A DNA stretch of 20,000 bases from an uncultured virus (IMG/VR IMGVR_UViG_3300045926_000127) (taxonomy: Duplodnaviria > Heunggongvirae > Uroviricota > Caudoviricetes): IMG/VR virus record IMGVR_UViG_3300045926_000127; one strand, given 5' to 3'. Under the pieces are notes generated by a model that had not been told where the DNA came from, made no database searches, and saw only the letters and a list, made by a program, of their open reading frames with translations. The position numbers were made by a program, and so were the translations under genes. Positions 1 through 6,495 of the stretch are shown piece by piece (within the stretch, counting starts at the first letter, position 1; each line of letters opens with the position of its first letter).

Positions 1-696
1 GACCTCCCGCTCGATATCGTCATACTCGGTGGCTTGCTCCGCATTGAGCGTCGCGCCCTCCTCCGATGACATGATCGAAGCCATGCGAGCCACCTTGGCG
101 GCGCGCGAAGCCTCGAAGCCTTGGATCTGCTCTTGAATCGTCTTCATGGGTTGTGCTTTCGATTTTCCCGCGACGCCGGGTGGTTGGGGACGAGCGCCCG
201 CCGACATGCCAGACGCGGCCAGCAGCGGGGCGTCGATTGCTTTGATCGTTTCGATCCGCGCGTCAGCATTCATCGGGATCGTAACGAGCGACAATTCCAG
301 CACTTCACTTTCGATGAAGTGGATACCGCCGTCCTCCATGAACGACAATTCTTTCGGCAGAAAGCCGATTGAGACCGCGCGCACAAGGCCATGCTTGAGC
401 GACTGCCAAGCTTCGTCCACGCGATCCTTTAGCTTGCCCGGCTCCGTGACTTTCGGAATCCGCGCCTCGAATTCGATGCCCTGCTTCGTCGGCTTCTTGA
501 AGCGCGTCTGCCCTATCGGCTCCGCGTGCCGGTGCTGCCAAAGAAGCGGCAAAGGATTTTTGAAGGTGACGCCGAGCGGCTCGATGATGTCGCCCGCTCG
601 ATCAGGCGTCGGCGTCGTGGCAATGCCGGTGATGATTCGCTGGTCCTCATCGACCGCCTTGCATTCGAGGAACGCATAGGCCCGCTGCATGTCCAT
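1..696 (-). CDS. HK97-type prohead protease fused to the major capsid protein N-terminus (partial, runs off the window)
   Basis: Not in the ORF track because no stop falls in the window. Manual translation from ATG 696 (RBS GAGGGG): MDMQRAYAFLECKAVDEDQRIITGIATTPTPDRAGDIIEPLG...PLLWQHRHAEPIG...VRAVSIGF...EVLELSLVTIPMNADA (Peptidase S78-type motifs). The frame continues without a stop into a coiled-coil segment (MKTIQEQIQGFEASRAAKVARM) resembling a capsid delta domain. Confidence 0.88.
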   Translation of the reverse strand, partial: MDMQRAYAFLECKAVDEDQRIITGIATTPTPDRAGDIIEPLGVTFKNPLPLLWQHRHAEPIGQTRFKKPTKQGIEFEARIPKVTEPGKLKDRVDEAWQSLKHGLVRAVSIGFLPKELSFMEDGGIHFIESEVLELSLVTIPMNADARIETIKAIDAPLLAASGMSAGARPQPPGVAGKSKAQPMKTIQEQIQGFEASRAAKVARMASIMSSEEGATLNAEQATEYDDIEREV

Positions 697-710
697 GGAC
701 GACCCCTCTG

Positions 711-2369
711 TCAGACAACGATCACTTGGTACAGTTTTTCTTGTTGCTGTCCGTCCGCTAGCGCGAGCGCCATGACGAGGCAAGATATGCCGTCGATCTT
801 CTCCGACGACCTAGCCTTATCAGGTTTTATATTTCCGTTCGAGTCCTCAAGCTTGGCGACGTTCGACACCATCCAGTCCATGACCGGGTGCCCGCCCGCG
901 TCAATGCGGGCCGAGGCGCAGAGCCGCTCCAATTGCTTCGACGCCCCGCTCAAGGTTTGCACCCCCTGCCGCATCAGCATCAAGGGCACGCCGTCCTTCA
1001 TGAGCGTGTTCACGGTCGCGGTTGCATTGTAGGGGTCGTAACCGATTTGCTTGACCGAGAATGCCTCGACGCCCTGATGGACCGCCTCGATCACAGCGTC
1101 ATAGTCCACAACATTTCCGTGCGTCGGCTCGACCGCCTTGCGCTCCCGCCAAATATCGTAGGGCACGCGGTCGCGCCGCGAGCGCGTCTCGATATTCTCG
1201 GCGGGCACCCAAAAGCGCGGGAGCACGAGCCACTTCTCCTCCTCCGAGCGCGGCGGAAAGAGCCAGAGCACGCACGTCAAATCCGAGACGCTCGACAAGT
1301 CAATTGCGCCATAGCATTCGCGCCCGCGAAGCGCCTCGGCGAAGGAGCGCCAGCGCGCGTCCGCCCCGAGCGAAGGGCGGCCGGAGCCGACGCGCCATTG
1401 CTCGACCGATAGCCAGCGCTGGTCTTGCCCGACCCATAGGTTCAAATGATAGCGCTTGAAATTGTTCTCCACGCGCGGGCTGTTGATCGCCTTCGCATAC
1501 TCCTCGCGCAAATCCGCAAGCTTGATCGAATGCCCGAGGTTCGGATTTGCCTTCGCCCATGTCGTCGGCTCGCGCCAGTCGTCCTCGGCGTCGGGCGCAT
1601 AGATCACCACCAGCGTATTCGGAATATCGAAAGTGCCGTCCGCGATCTTAAGCGATTCCTCCCACAGCACCCACCCATGGCTCTTACGCGCTTGCCCGGC
1701 CGTGCTGATGAGAATGTCGAGCGGCTCCTCCCGCGATAGCTCGGACTGGTGCACGAACTCATAGAGATCGCCGTTCCGCCACTCGTGCATTTCGTCGCCG
1801 ACGAGAATGGAGCACGAGAGCCCGTGCTTGCCCTCGCTCGCGCCAGTGAGCGGGCGGATCACCGCGCCGAGCGCCGTGCAATAAAGCGAGGTCTTGAGCG
1901 CGTCGACATATTTCGGGAGCGACGGCGAGAATTGCACCATACGCACGGCGCGCTGAAAGACGATCTGCGCTTGCTTCTCGGTCGAGGCAATGATGTAAGC
2001 CTCGCCGCCGAGCTCGCCGTCGAATAGCCAAGCGAGGAGCATCAGCCCGGCGGCAAACTCGCTCTTGCCATTCTTGCGGCCCATCCAGATCAGCACGCGC
2101 CGATAAAGCCGCGTGCCGTCCTTGCGCTTGAGGCCGAAGAGCATCGAGACAATGGCCGCCTGCCAGTCGCGAAGCACAAACTTTTTCTTCGTCCAGCGCC
2201 CGGTCGTCATGCGCAAATAATTCGGAAAGAATTGCACGGCGATCTTGGCGGCGCGCTCGTCATACCAAACGCCGGGCTGGCTCACGGCGCGGAGCCATTC
2301 GCCTTCGACCCATTTGTGCACGGGGTTGCGCGAGAGCGCATCGAGCCATTTCGGACGCGCGGGCGACAT
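711..2369 (-). CDS. terL: Terminase large subunit (HK97/Terminase_1 type)
   Basis: Walker A GRKNGKS, Walker B LVGDEMH, ISTAG coupling motif, W.KANPNLG, nuclease-domain GAIDLS, YDPYNA and KIDG motifs. Confidence 0.97.
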   Translation of the reverse strand: MSPARPKWLDALSRNPVHKWVEGEWLRAVSQPGVWYDERAAKIAVQFFPNYLRMTTGRWTKKKFVLRDWQAAIVSMLFGLKRKDGTRLYRRVLIWMGRKNGKSEFAAGLMLLAWLFDGELGGEAYIIASTEKQAQIVFQRAVRMVQFSPSLPKYVDALKTSLYCTALGAVIRPLTGASEGKHGLSCSILVGDEMHEWRNGDLYEFVHQSELSREEPLDILISTAGQARKSHGWVLWEESLKIADGTFDIPNTLVVIYAPDAEDDWREPTTWAKANPNLGHSIKLADLREEYAKAINSPRVENNFKRYHLNLWVGQDQRWLSVEQWRVGSGRPSLGADARWRSFAEALRGRECYGAIDLSSVSDLTCVLWLFPPRSEEEKWLVLPRFWVPAENIETRSRRDRVPYDIWRERKAVEPTHGNVVDYDAVIEAVHQGVEAFSVKQIGYDPYNATATVNTLMKDGVPLMLMRQGVQTLSGASKQLERLCASARIDAGGHPVMDWMVSNVAKLEDSNGNIKPDKARSSEKIDGISCLVMALALADGQQQEKLYQVIVV

Positions 2370-2370
2370 A

Positions 2371-2958
2371 TCAATGATACTTGCCTATCCCGATGGGTGA
2401 GGGCAACTCTCCCGGCGCGCTCTTGCCCTCCTCCTCGATCTCTCCCGCTACGTTCTCGCCGAAGAAGCCGCCGAGAGCCGCTGGCGTTTGCGCCAAGCCG
2501 CGCACAATGGCATGGCGAGCAACGGGGTTCAGCCCGAGCCGATCCTCCGAAGCGAGGAGCACGCGCTCGATATCGAGCATGTCCTTGAACACCGGGTTGC
2601 GGATATAGCGCTCGCCATGGTTCGTGACGATCTTGAGGAATGTCAGCTTGCCCGAGAGCAACTCCTTGCACTCTAGCCAGCGGTGCACGTAATGCGCCCA
2701 GCGGCCATAAGCCGTGACATCGACCTCGTGCGCAATGCGCCGCTGTAGATAGCCGTCAATGACGCGGTGAAAAATTTCGCGCTCGCGCGGCTCCTTCAAG
2801 AAGTCCGGAGCAATGAGCGGCGTCGGCGACGGCGCCAACGCCTGTTGGAGCACCTTGTTCTCGCGCTCGTCGCCGCGTGATAGTATCGGCCGCCGTCCCG
2901 GATTCCCTTGCAAGCGCTCAAGCGTTGCGGACTTCGGTTTCGGTCCTCGCCTTCCCAT
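2371..2958 (-). CDS. terS: Terminase small subunit (P27 family)
   Basis: MGRRGPKPK...LQGNPGRRP N-terminus, NP...LGLNPVAR motif, GAGGA RBS before ATG 2958, directly upstream of terL. Confidence 0.92.
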   Translation of the reverse strand: MGRRGPKPKSATLERLQGNPGRRPILSRGDERENKVLQQALAPSPTPLIAPDFLKEPREREIFHRVIDGYLQRRIAHEVDVTAYGRWAHYVHRWLECKELLSGKLTFLKIVTNHGERYIRNPVFKDMLDIERVLLASEDRLGLNPVARHAIVRGLAQTPAALGGFFGENVAGEIEEEGKSAPGELPSPIGIGKYH

Positions 2959-2974
2959 GTCAGTCCTCACTCAT

Positions 2975-3126
2975 TTGTAGGAGAAACTTCGCGGCGAAAA
3001 AAAAGCGCGGCCCAAAACCTGCGCCTTTTGTTTTGCGAGCGGCCACCGCTCTCCGCCGTGGCGGCTACGAGGCTTCGCATGCCCCCCCCCTGCGAATTTT
3101 TGTGGACAATTTTCTCATTTTTCGTT
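2975..3126. other. Probable cos/packaging-initiation region
   Basis: Intergenic between HNH and terS, where HK97-like phages usually have cos. Contains a C9 run (3082-3090), an A8 run (2997-3004) followed on the minus strand by CGCCGCGAAG, and a short inverted repeat GAGCGG-cca-CCGCTC. The cut site cannot be determined from sequence alone. Confidence 0.55.
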
Positions 3127-3450
3127 TTAGCCTTCACTTCGCGCGCCCCGCTCTCGGGCTTGCATGATCGAGTTATGACAATGAGCGCATAGACTCTCAA
3201 GCTGGTCGGCATCGAAGAAGATGTCGCGGCTGCCCTTATGCGGGGTCTTATGATGGACCGTATTGGCGGCTGTGATGATCGGCGGCGAGGAGCGCTGGCA
3301 CTCGGCGCATAGCGGCTCCTTCATGAGTTGGATATGTCGCGCGGCCTTCCACCATGCGGACGAATACCAGCTTTGCCATGGAGCGGGCGCCAGCCGAGAA
3401 CCGGGTTCCGGCATTCCGCGCGGGCGGAAGGAGGGCGGGCGCATGGGCAT
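3127..3450 (-). CDS. HNH endonuclease, packaging-associated (HK97 gp74-like)
   Basis: WY.S.WWKAAR, PLCAEC, VHHKTPH, LESLCAHCHN motifs; position immediately upstream of terS. Confidence 0.92.
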   Translation of the reverse strand: MPMRPPSFRPRGMPEPGSRLAPAPWQSWYSSAWWKAARHIQLMKEPLCAECQRSSPPIITAANTVHHKTPHKGSRDIFFDADQLESLCAHCHNSIMQARERGARSEG

Positions 3451-3476
3451 CGCGCAAGGGCTAATAGCACGCTTGC

Positions 3477-3498
3477 GCAGCGCTATAAATGCCGCTGC
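3477..3498. repeat. 22-bp palindrome copy 1 (degenerate)
   Basis: GCAGCGCTATAAATGCCGCTGC, two mismatches to the reverse complement of copies 2 and 3. Confidence 0.8.
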
Positions 3499-3531
3499 TA
3501 GACTTCAAGTCTTATATCGCCCTTCGCTTTG

Positions 3532-3565
3532 CGCTTGCGACCCAGCGCGTGCCATGGCTACCTGC
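3532..3565 (+). promoter_or_regulatory. Putative promoter, module 1
   Basis: CGCTTGC-N14-CATGGCTACCTGC, same spacing as modules 2 and 3. Confidence 0.65.
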
Positions 3566-3570
3566 CTCCA

Positions 3571-3606
3571 TGCCGGGAGGGGTTCCGGCAAGAGCCAGAA
3601 GGAGCC
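3571..3606 (+). promoter_or_regulatory. G-loop hairpin plus RBS, copy 1
   Basis: TGCCGGGA-GGGG-TTCCGGCA stem-loop followed by CCAGAAGGAGCC. Confidence 0.75.
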
Positions 3607-3612
3607 AAGGCC

Positions 3613-3831
3613 ATGAGGAAAGCCAAGCAAGCCAAGCCCGCCTTTGAGAGCGCCGAGGCCGCGCTCCGCCACGCCGAGTTTTGCGAGCGCCTCGCGACCG
3701 AGCAAGCCCGGCGCAACTATCATACGGTGGCCGCTCAATACGCATGGGCCGCTCGCCGGGCTCGGGCCTTCGCGGCGAACGAGCGCTTCTCCGAGCCTCG
3801 CCCGCTCGCCCGGCACGAGACTTGCCGTTAA
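3613..3831 (+). CDS. Hypothetical protein, 72 aa, helical Ala/Arg-rich
   Basis: ATG after AGAAGGAG RBS; MRKAKQAKPAFESAEAALRHAEFC... Confidence 0.75.
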   Translation: MRKAKQAKPAFESAEAALRHAEFCERLATEQARRNYHTVAAQYAWAARRARAFAANERFSEPRPLARHETCR

Positions 3832-3859
3832 GGCGCGGCCAAAGCGGAGCAAGGAGGCG

Positions 3860-3881
3860 GCAGCGGCATTTATGCCGCTGC
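3860..3881. repeat. 22-bp palindrome copy 2
   Basis: GCAGCGGCAT-TT-ATGCCGCTGC, perfect 10-bp arms. Confidence 0.9.
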
Positions 3882-3912
3882 TTGCCGTTTCAGGACTTGG
3901 GAAAAGTCTTAC

Positions 3913-3946
3913 CGCTTGCTCGCTCGGCCAGTCCATGCAGACCTGC
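3913..3946 (+). promoter_or_regulatory. Putative promoter, module 2
   Basis: CGCTTGC-N14-CATGCAGACCTGC. Confidence 0.65.
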
Positions 3947-3951
3947 ATGCA

Positions 3952-3983
3952 CCGGGGAGGGGTTCCTCGGGCCAGAAGGAGCC
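3952..3983 (+). promoter_or_regulatory. G-loop hairpin plus RBS, copy 2
   Basis: CCGGGGAGGGGTTCCTCGG followed by CCAGAAGGAGCC. Confidence 0.7.
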
Positions 3984-3989
3984 AAGACC

Positions 3990-4172
3990 ATGAACTTCAA
4001 AATCGGCCAGACGGTTCGCTTCAAGAGCGACATCGAACAGCGGGGCACGATCGTTGAGATCGAGAACCGCGACGGCAACCTCCTCCTCACGCTTGAGGCG
4101 AAGGACCGCTTCGCTGGCGACTATATCGGCGGCATGAAGCGCACGCAGATTTTCGCCGACGAGGCTTTCTAA
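3990..4172 (+). CDS. Hypothetical protein, 60 aa, possible SH3/KOW-like beta-barrel
   Basis: MNFKIGQTVRFKSDIEQRGTIVEIE pattern (FKxGxxVR...G.IVEI); strong RBS. Confidence 0.8.
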   Translation: MNFKIGQTVRFKSDIEQRGTIVEIENRDGNLLLTLEAKDRFAGDYIGGMKRTQIFADEAF

Positions 4173-4183
4173 GCTTGCAACCC

Positions 4184-4217
4184 GCCGGGAGGGGTCCCGG
4201 CTTTCCAGAAAGGAGCC
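4184..4217 (+). promoter_or_regulatory. G-loop hairpin plus RBS, copy 3 (no upstream palindrome or promoter)
   Basis: GCCGGGA-GGGG-TCCCGGC perfect 7-bp stem followed by CCAGAAAGGAGCC. Confidence 0.75.
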
Positions 4218-4222
4218 TTACG

Positions 4223-4504
4223 ATGAAGAAGCACATTCAACCGGAGCCCTATAACGCCGCGCTCCATGAGCAATTGCTCGCGCTCGGCTTCGAGCGCGTC
4301 TGGCATGACGCCGAGTGGGAGGATACCGGCGACGCCGAGAGTGGGCCAGCGCTCGATGGGCATCCGGCATGGGACGAATACACCAGCGCCTCCGAGATCA
4401 TTTGCATCGATGAGGCCGGGCGCGTGGTGCACCGCGAGGAGCGCGACCTCGAATTGGAGCGCTGGTGCGAGGAGCAAGCGCGGGCAAGCGGAGGGTCGCT
4501 CTAA
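4223..4504 (+). CDS. Hypothetical acidic protein, 93 aa
   Basis: ATG after AAGGAG; 22 Asp/Glu vs 8 Lys/Arg; Trp-rich. Confidence 0.8.
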   Translation: MKKHIQPEPYNAALHEQLLALGFERVWHDAEWEDTGDAESGPALDGHPAWDEYTSASEIICIDEAGRVVHREERDLELERWCEEQARASGGSL

Positions 4505-4746
4505 TGGCGCGCAATATTCACCCAGCCGACGCGGCGGTCGCTCTCGCGATTCGGAGCGCGGCCGAGTTCACTTGCTCCATCCATATCGCGCGGAGCTATT
4601 CGACCGAGCGCTTCGCCTCGCTTGAGGAGGCGCGAGCCTACAAGGAAAAGCTTGAGCGCCGGGCGGGCAATGGCAAGCGCGCCATGGTCTACGCGGTGCA
4701 AGCGAACGGCTCGGCGGTTTTTGTGCCCGATAGCTTCAAGGCTTGA
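4504..4746 (+). CDS. Hypothetical protein, 80 aa
   Basis: TAATG coupling to the previous gene; MARNIHPAD...GKRAMVYAV resembles, from recollection, conserved alphaproteobacterial phage hypotheticals. Confidence 0.8.
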   Translation: MARNIHPADAAVALAIRSAAEFTCSIHIARSYSTERFASLEEARAYKEKLERRAGNGKRAMVYAVQANGSAVFVPDSFKA

Positions 4747-4770
4747 GGGCTCCTCGGAGGCGAGGGCTTG

Positions 4771-4792
4771 GCAGCGGCATTTATGCCGCTGC
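4771..4792. repeat. 22-bp palindrome copy 3
   Basis: Identical to 3860-3881. Confidence 0.9.
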
Positions 4793-4832
4793 TTTGCGTT
4801 TAAGACCTCGCTCGCTCGGGCGCGGCGCTTTG

Positions 4833-4866
4833 CGCTTGCTACCGGCTGTGTCGCATGCAGACCTGC
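4833..4866 (+). promoter_or_regulatory. Putative promoter, module 3
   Basis: CGCTTGC-N14-CATGCAGACCTGC. Confidence 0.65.
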
Positions 4867-4871
4867 GCGCA

Positions 4872-4906
4872 TGCCGGAGGGGTTCCGGCAATTCAAACCA
4901 GAAGGA
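4872..4906 (+). promoter_or_regulatory. G-loop hairpin plus RBS, copy 4
   Basis: TGCCGGA-GGGGT-TCCGGCA followed by CCAGAAGGA. Confidence 0.75.
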
Positions 4907-4914
4907 TCAAAGCT

Positions 4915-6081
4915 ATGACCAAGACCATCACGAAGACCGCGCCGAAGGCCAAGGGCAAGGGCACACCCGCCGACCAAGGCATTGCGGCGGCCAAGGCCGA
5001 CGACGCCGCCCGCGACGCCGCCAAGGCGAAGAAGGCCGAGAAGAACGGCCACCTCATGGCCGCCAAGGCGGCGGCGGCCAAGGCGAAGGGGAGCGCGGTG
5101 CCTATGCTCTCGGCGCTCTTTCCCTTCGCGGGCGGTTGCCCGGCCCTGACCTCCGACCCGAAAAAGGAGGGCATCCCGGAATTCCTCCAAACGCAAAACC
5201 GCCCGGCGGTCGACGCCGCCTCGGCGAAGGTCAAGGCGGCCATGCCGCCGAAGCCGGAGGCGAAGCCGGAGCCGAGCGCCGACGACAAGGCGCGCGAGGA
5301 GATCAGGGCGGAGCGCTCGGCCTTGGCGAAGGCGAAGAAGGCCGGAGCCAAGGAGCGCAAGGCGGCGGAGGCGAGCGGCGCCACCAAGGCCATGCCGCTC
5401 ACCGGCAAGGCCGCGCTGGCGGCGATCAAGCGGGCCGACCGCAAGCTCCGCAAGGAGGAGGCCGAGGCGGCGGCCGAGGTTGCCGAGATCGAGTATAGGG
5501 ACGCGCGGCGGGCGGCGGCGATCAAGCGGGCCGACAAGGCCATCGCCAAGGCGGAGAAGGCGGAGAAGGCGGAGAAGGCGGCGAAGGCGGGGCCGAAGCT
5601 CCTCACGGACGCTCTGAATGGCCGCCGGAGCATTGGCGAGCCGGCCAAGCGGGAGGGCACCGCGCCGCTCCCCAAGCAAACCGACAAGGAGACTGTTGCT
5701 ATGGTTGCGAAGGCATTGAAGGCGAAGAAGGCGGCCGAGGCCAAGGCGGAGAAGGCCAAGGGCAAGGCGGCTAAGGCGGCCAAGGCGGAGAAGCCCGCCA
5801 AGGCCAAAAAGCCCACCAGCGCCCACGCTGGCGAGCGGGCGCGCTATCCTTGGCGCGAGGCGGAGGAGGCGGCGGCAAAGGGCAAGATCATGGCCGCCCC
5901 GGACTTCTCGGCCGAGACCCACACGCGCTTCCGGCCGCACATGGCGCTCATTGTGGAGGCGGCCAAGGCGAAGGACTTGAAGGCCCTTCGCGGGCTCAAG
6001 TGGGACGGCTTCCTCTCCTCGACGCCAAAGGCCATGGAGCGCTACCGGGCCATTTGCATCGCGGCGCTCTCGGCGAAATAA
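4915..6081 (+). CDS. Lys/Ala-rich histone H1-like protein, 388 aa, with a globular C-terminal domain
   Basis: AAKA/AEK low-complexity repeats with consistent GCG/GCC/AAG codon use; RBS GAAGGA; C-terminal YPW...PDFSAETHTRFR...SSTPKAMERYRAICIAAL domain; followed by a terminator. Confidence 0.85.
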   Translation: MTKTITKTAPKAKGKGTPADQGIAAAKADDAARDAAKAKKAEKNGHLMAAKAAAAKAKGSAVPMLSALFPFAGGCPALTSDPKKEGIPEFLQTQNRPAVDAASAKVKAAMPPKPEAKPEPSADDKAREEIRAERSALAKAKKAGAKERKAAEASGATKAMPLTGKAALAAIKRADRKLRKEEAEAAAEVAEIEYRDARRAAAIKRADKAIAKAEKAEKAEKAAKAGPKLLTDALNGRRSIGEPAKREGTAPLPKQTDKETVAMVAKALKAKKAAEAKAEKAKGKAAKAAKAEKPAKAKKPTSAHAGERARYPWREAEEAAAKGKIMAAPDFSAETHTRFRPHMALIVEAAKAKDLKALRGLKWDGFLSSTPKAMERYRAICIAALSAK

Positions 6082-6102
6082 GCCCGAGCGCGAATCAGCA
6101 AG

Positions 6103-6129
6103 AAGGGCGCCCGCTCGGCGCCCTTTTTT
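6103..6129 (+). terminator. Rho-independent terminator of the plus-strand cassette
   Basis: AAGGGCGCC-cgctc-GGCGCCCTT followed by TTTT, 21 nt after stop 6081. Confidence 0.88.
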
Positions 6130-6142
6130 GTCGTTTGTCGAG

Positions 6143-6171
6143 CGAGAAATAATTCGCCGATTTATTTCTCG
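6143..6171. repeat. AT-rich inverted repeat at the convergence of the two transcription units
   Basis: CGAGAAATAA-N9-TTATTTCTCG. Confidence 0.6.
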
Positions 6172-6309
6172 GCGCCAATTGGAGCGGCGCCTATGCCGCG
6201 CGCGGCGAGCGGCGGCTCGGGGAGCGGCTCGGGCTTCGGCCTCGGCGGCCTCGGCGGCTTCGGCGGCTTGCCCATGCTATCCGGCCCTTTTGGCGCCTAA
6301 GCCACTGAC

Positions 6310-6477
6310 CTAGCGACCTTGTTGGCGTCTGGTTACTCGTGAAACATGCGGCGCGAGATAATCCCGGCCTTCGAACATGGCGCGGTCCCGAATCTTGCGC
6401 ACGCGCCACGCCTTCTTTGACGCCTCAATATTCACCGCCAGATTCCGCCGCCGCATGTTCGGCGCTCGCTTTCCCAT
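6310..6477 (-). CDS. Small basic protein, 55 aa (absent from ORF track)
   Basis: AGGAGG RBS just after the PLP-enzyme stop; MGKRAPNMRRRNLAVNIEASKKAWRVRKIRDRAMFEGRDYLAPHVSRVTRRQQGR. Confidence 0.6.
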   Translation of the reverse strand: MGKRAPNMRRRNLAVNIEASKKAWRVRKIRDRAMFEGRDYLAPHVSRVTRRQQGR

Positions 6478-6495
6478 AGCTGGTCCTCCTTCTTG

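Noticed and set aside
146..1032. Plus-strand ORFs of 177 aa and 168 aa
   Set aside because: Antisense to the clear protease-capsid and terL genes
3127..3450. HNH as a mobile homing endonuclease
   Set aside because: Size, motifs and position before terS fit the packaging-accessory gp74-like class
3571..4890. N4-type virion RNA polymerase hairpin promoters
   Set aside because: Template-strand loops would be C-rich rather than purine triloops, sigma-like -35/-10 elements precede three hairpins, and no vRNAP gene is visible
3477..4906. CRISPR array or integron attC interpretation of the repeats
   Set aside because: Repeats are separated by whole genes at irregular spacing, there is no cas or integrase gene in the window, and the GTTRRRY/RYYYAAC attC ends are absent
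4501..5940. Long minus-strand ORFs (479 aa, 307 aa) and the plus-strand 251-aa alternative frame
   Set aside because: Shadows of the low-complexity GC-rich Lys/Ala gene; no RBS or domain motifs
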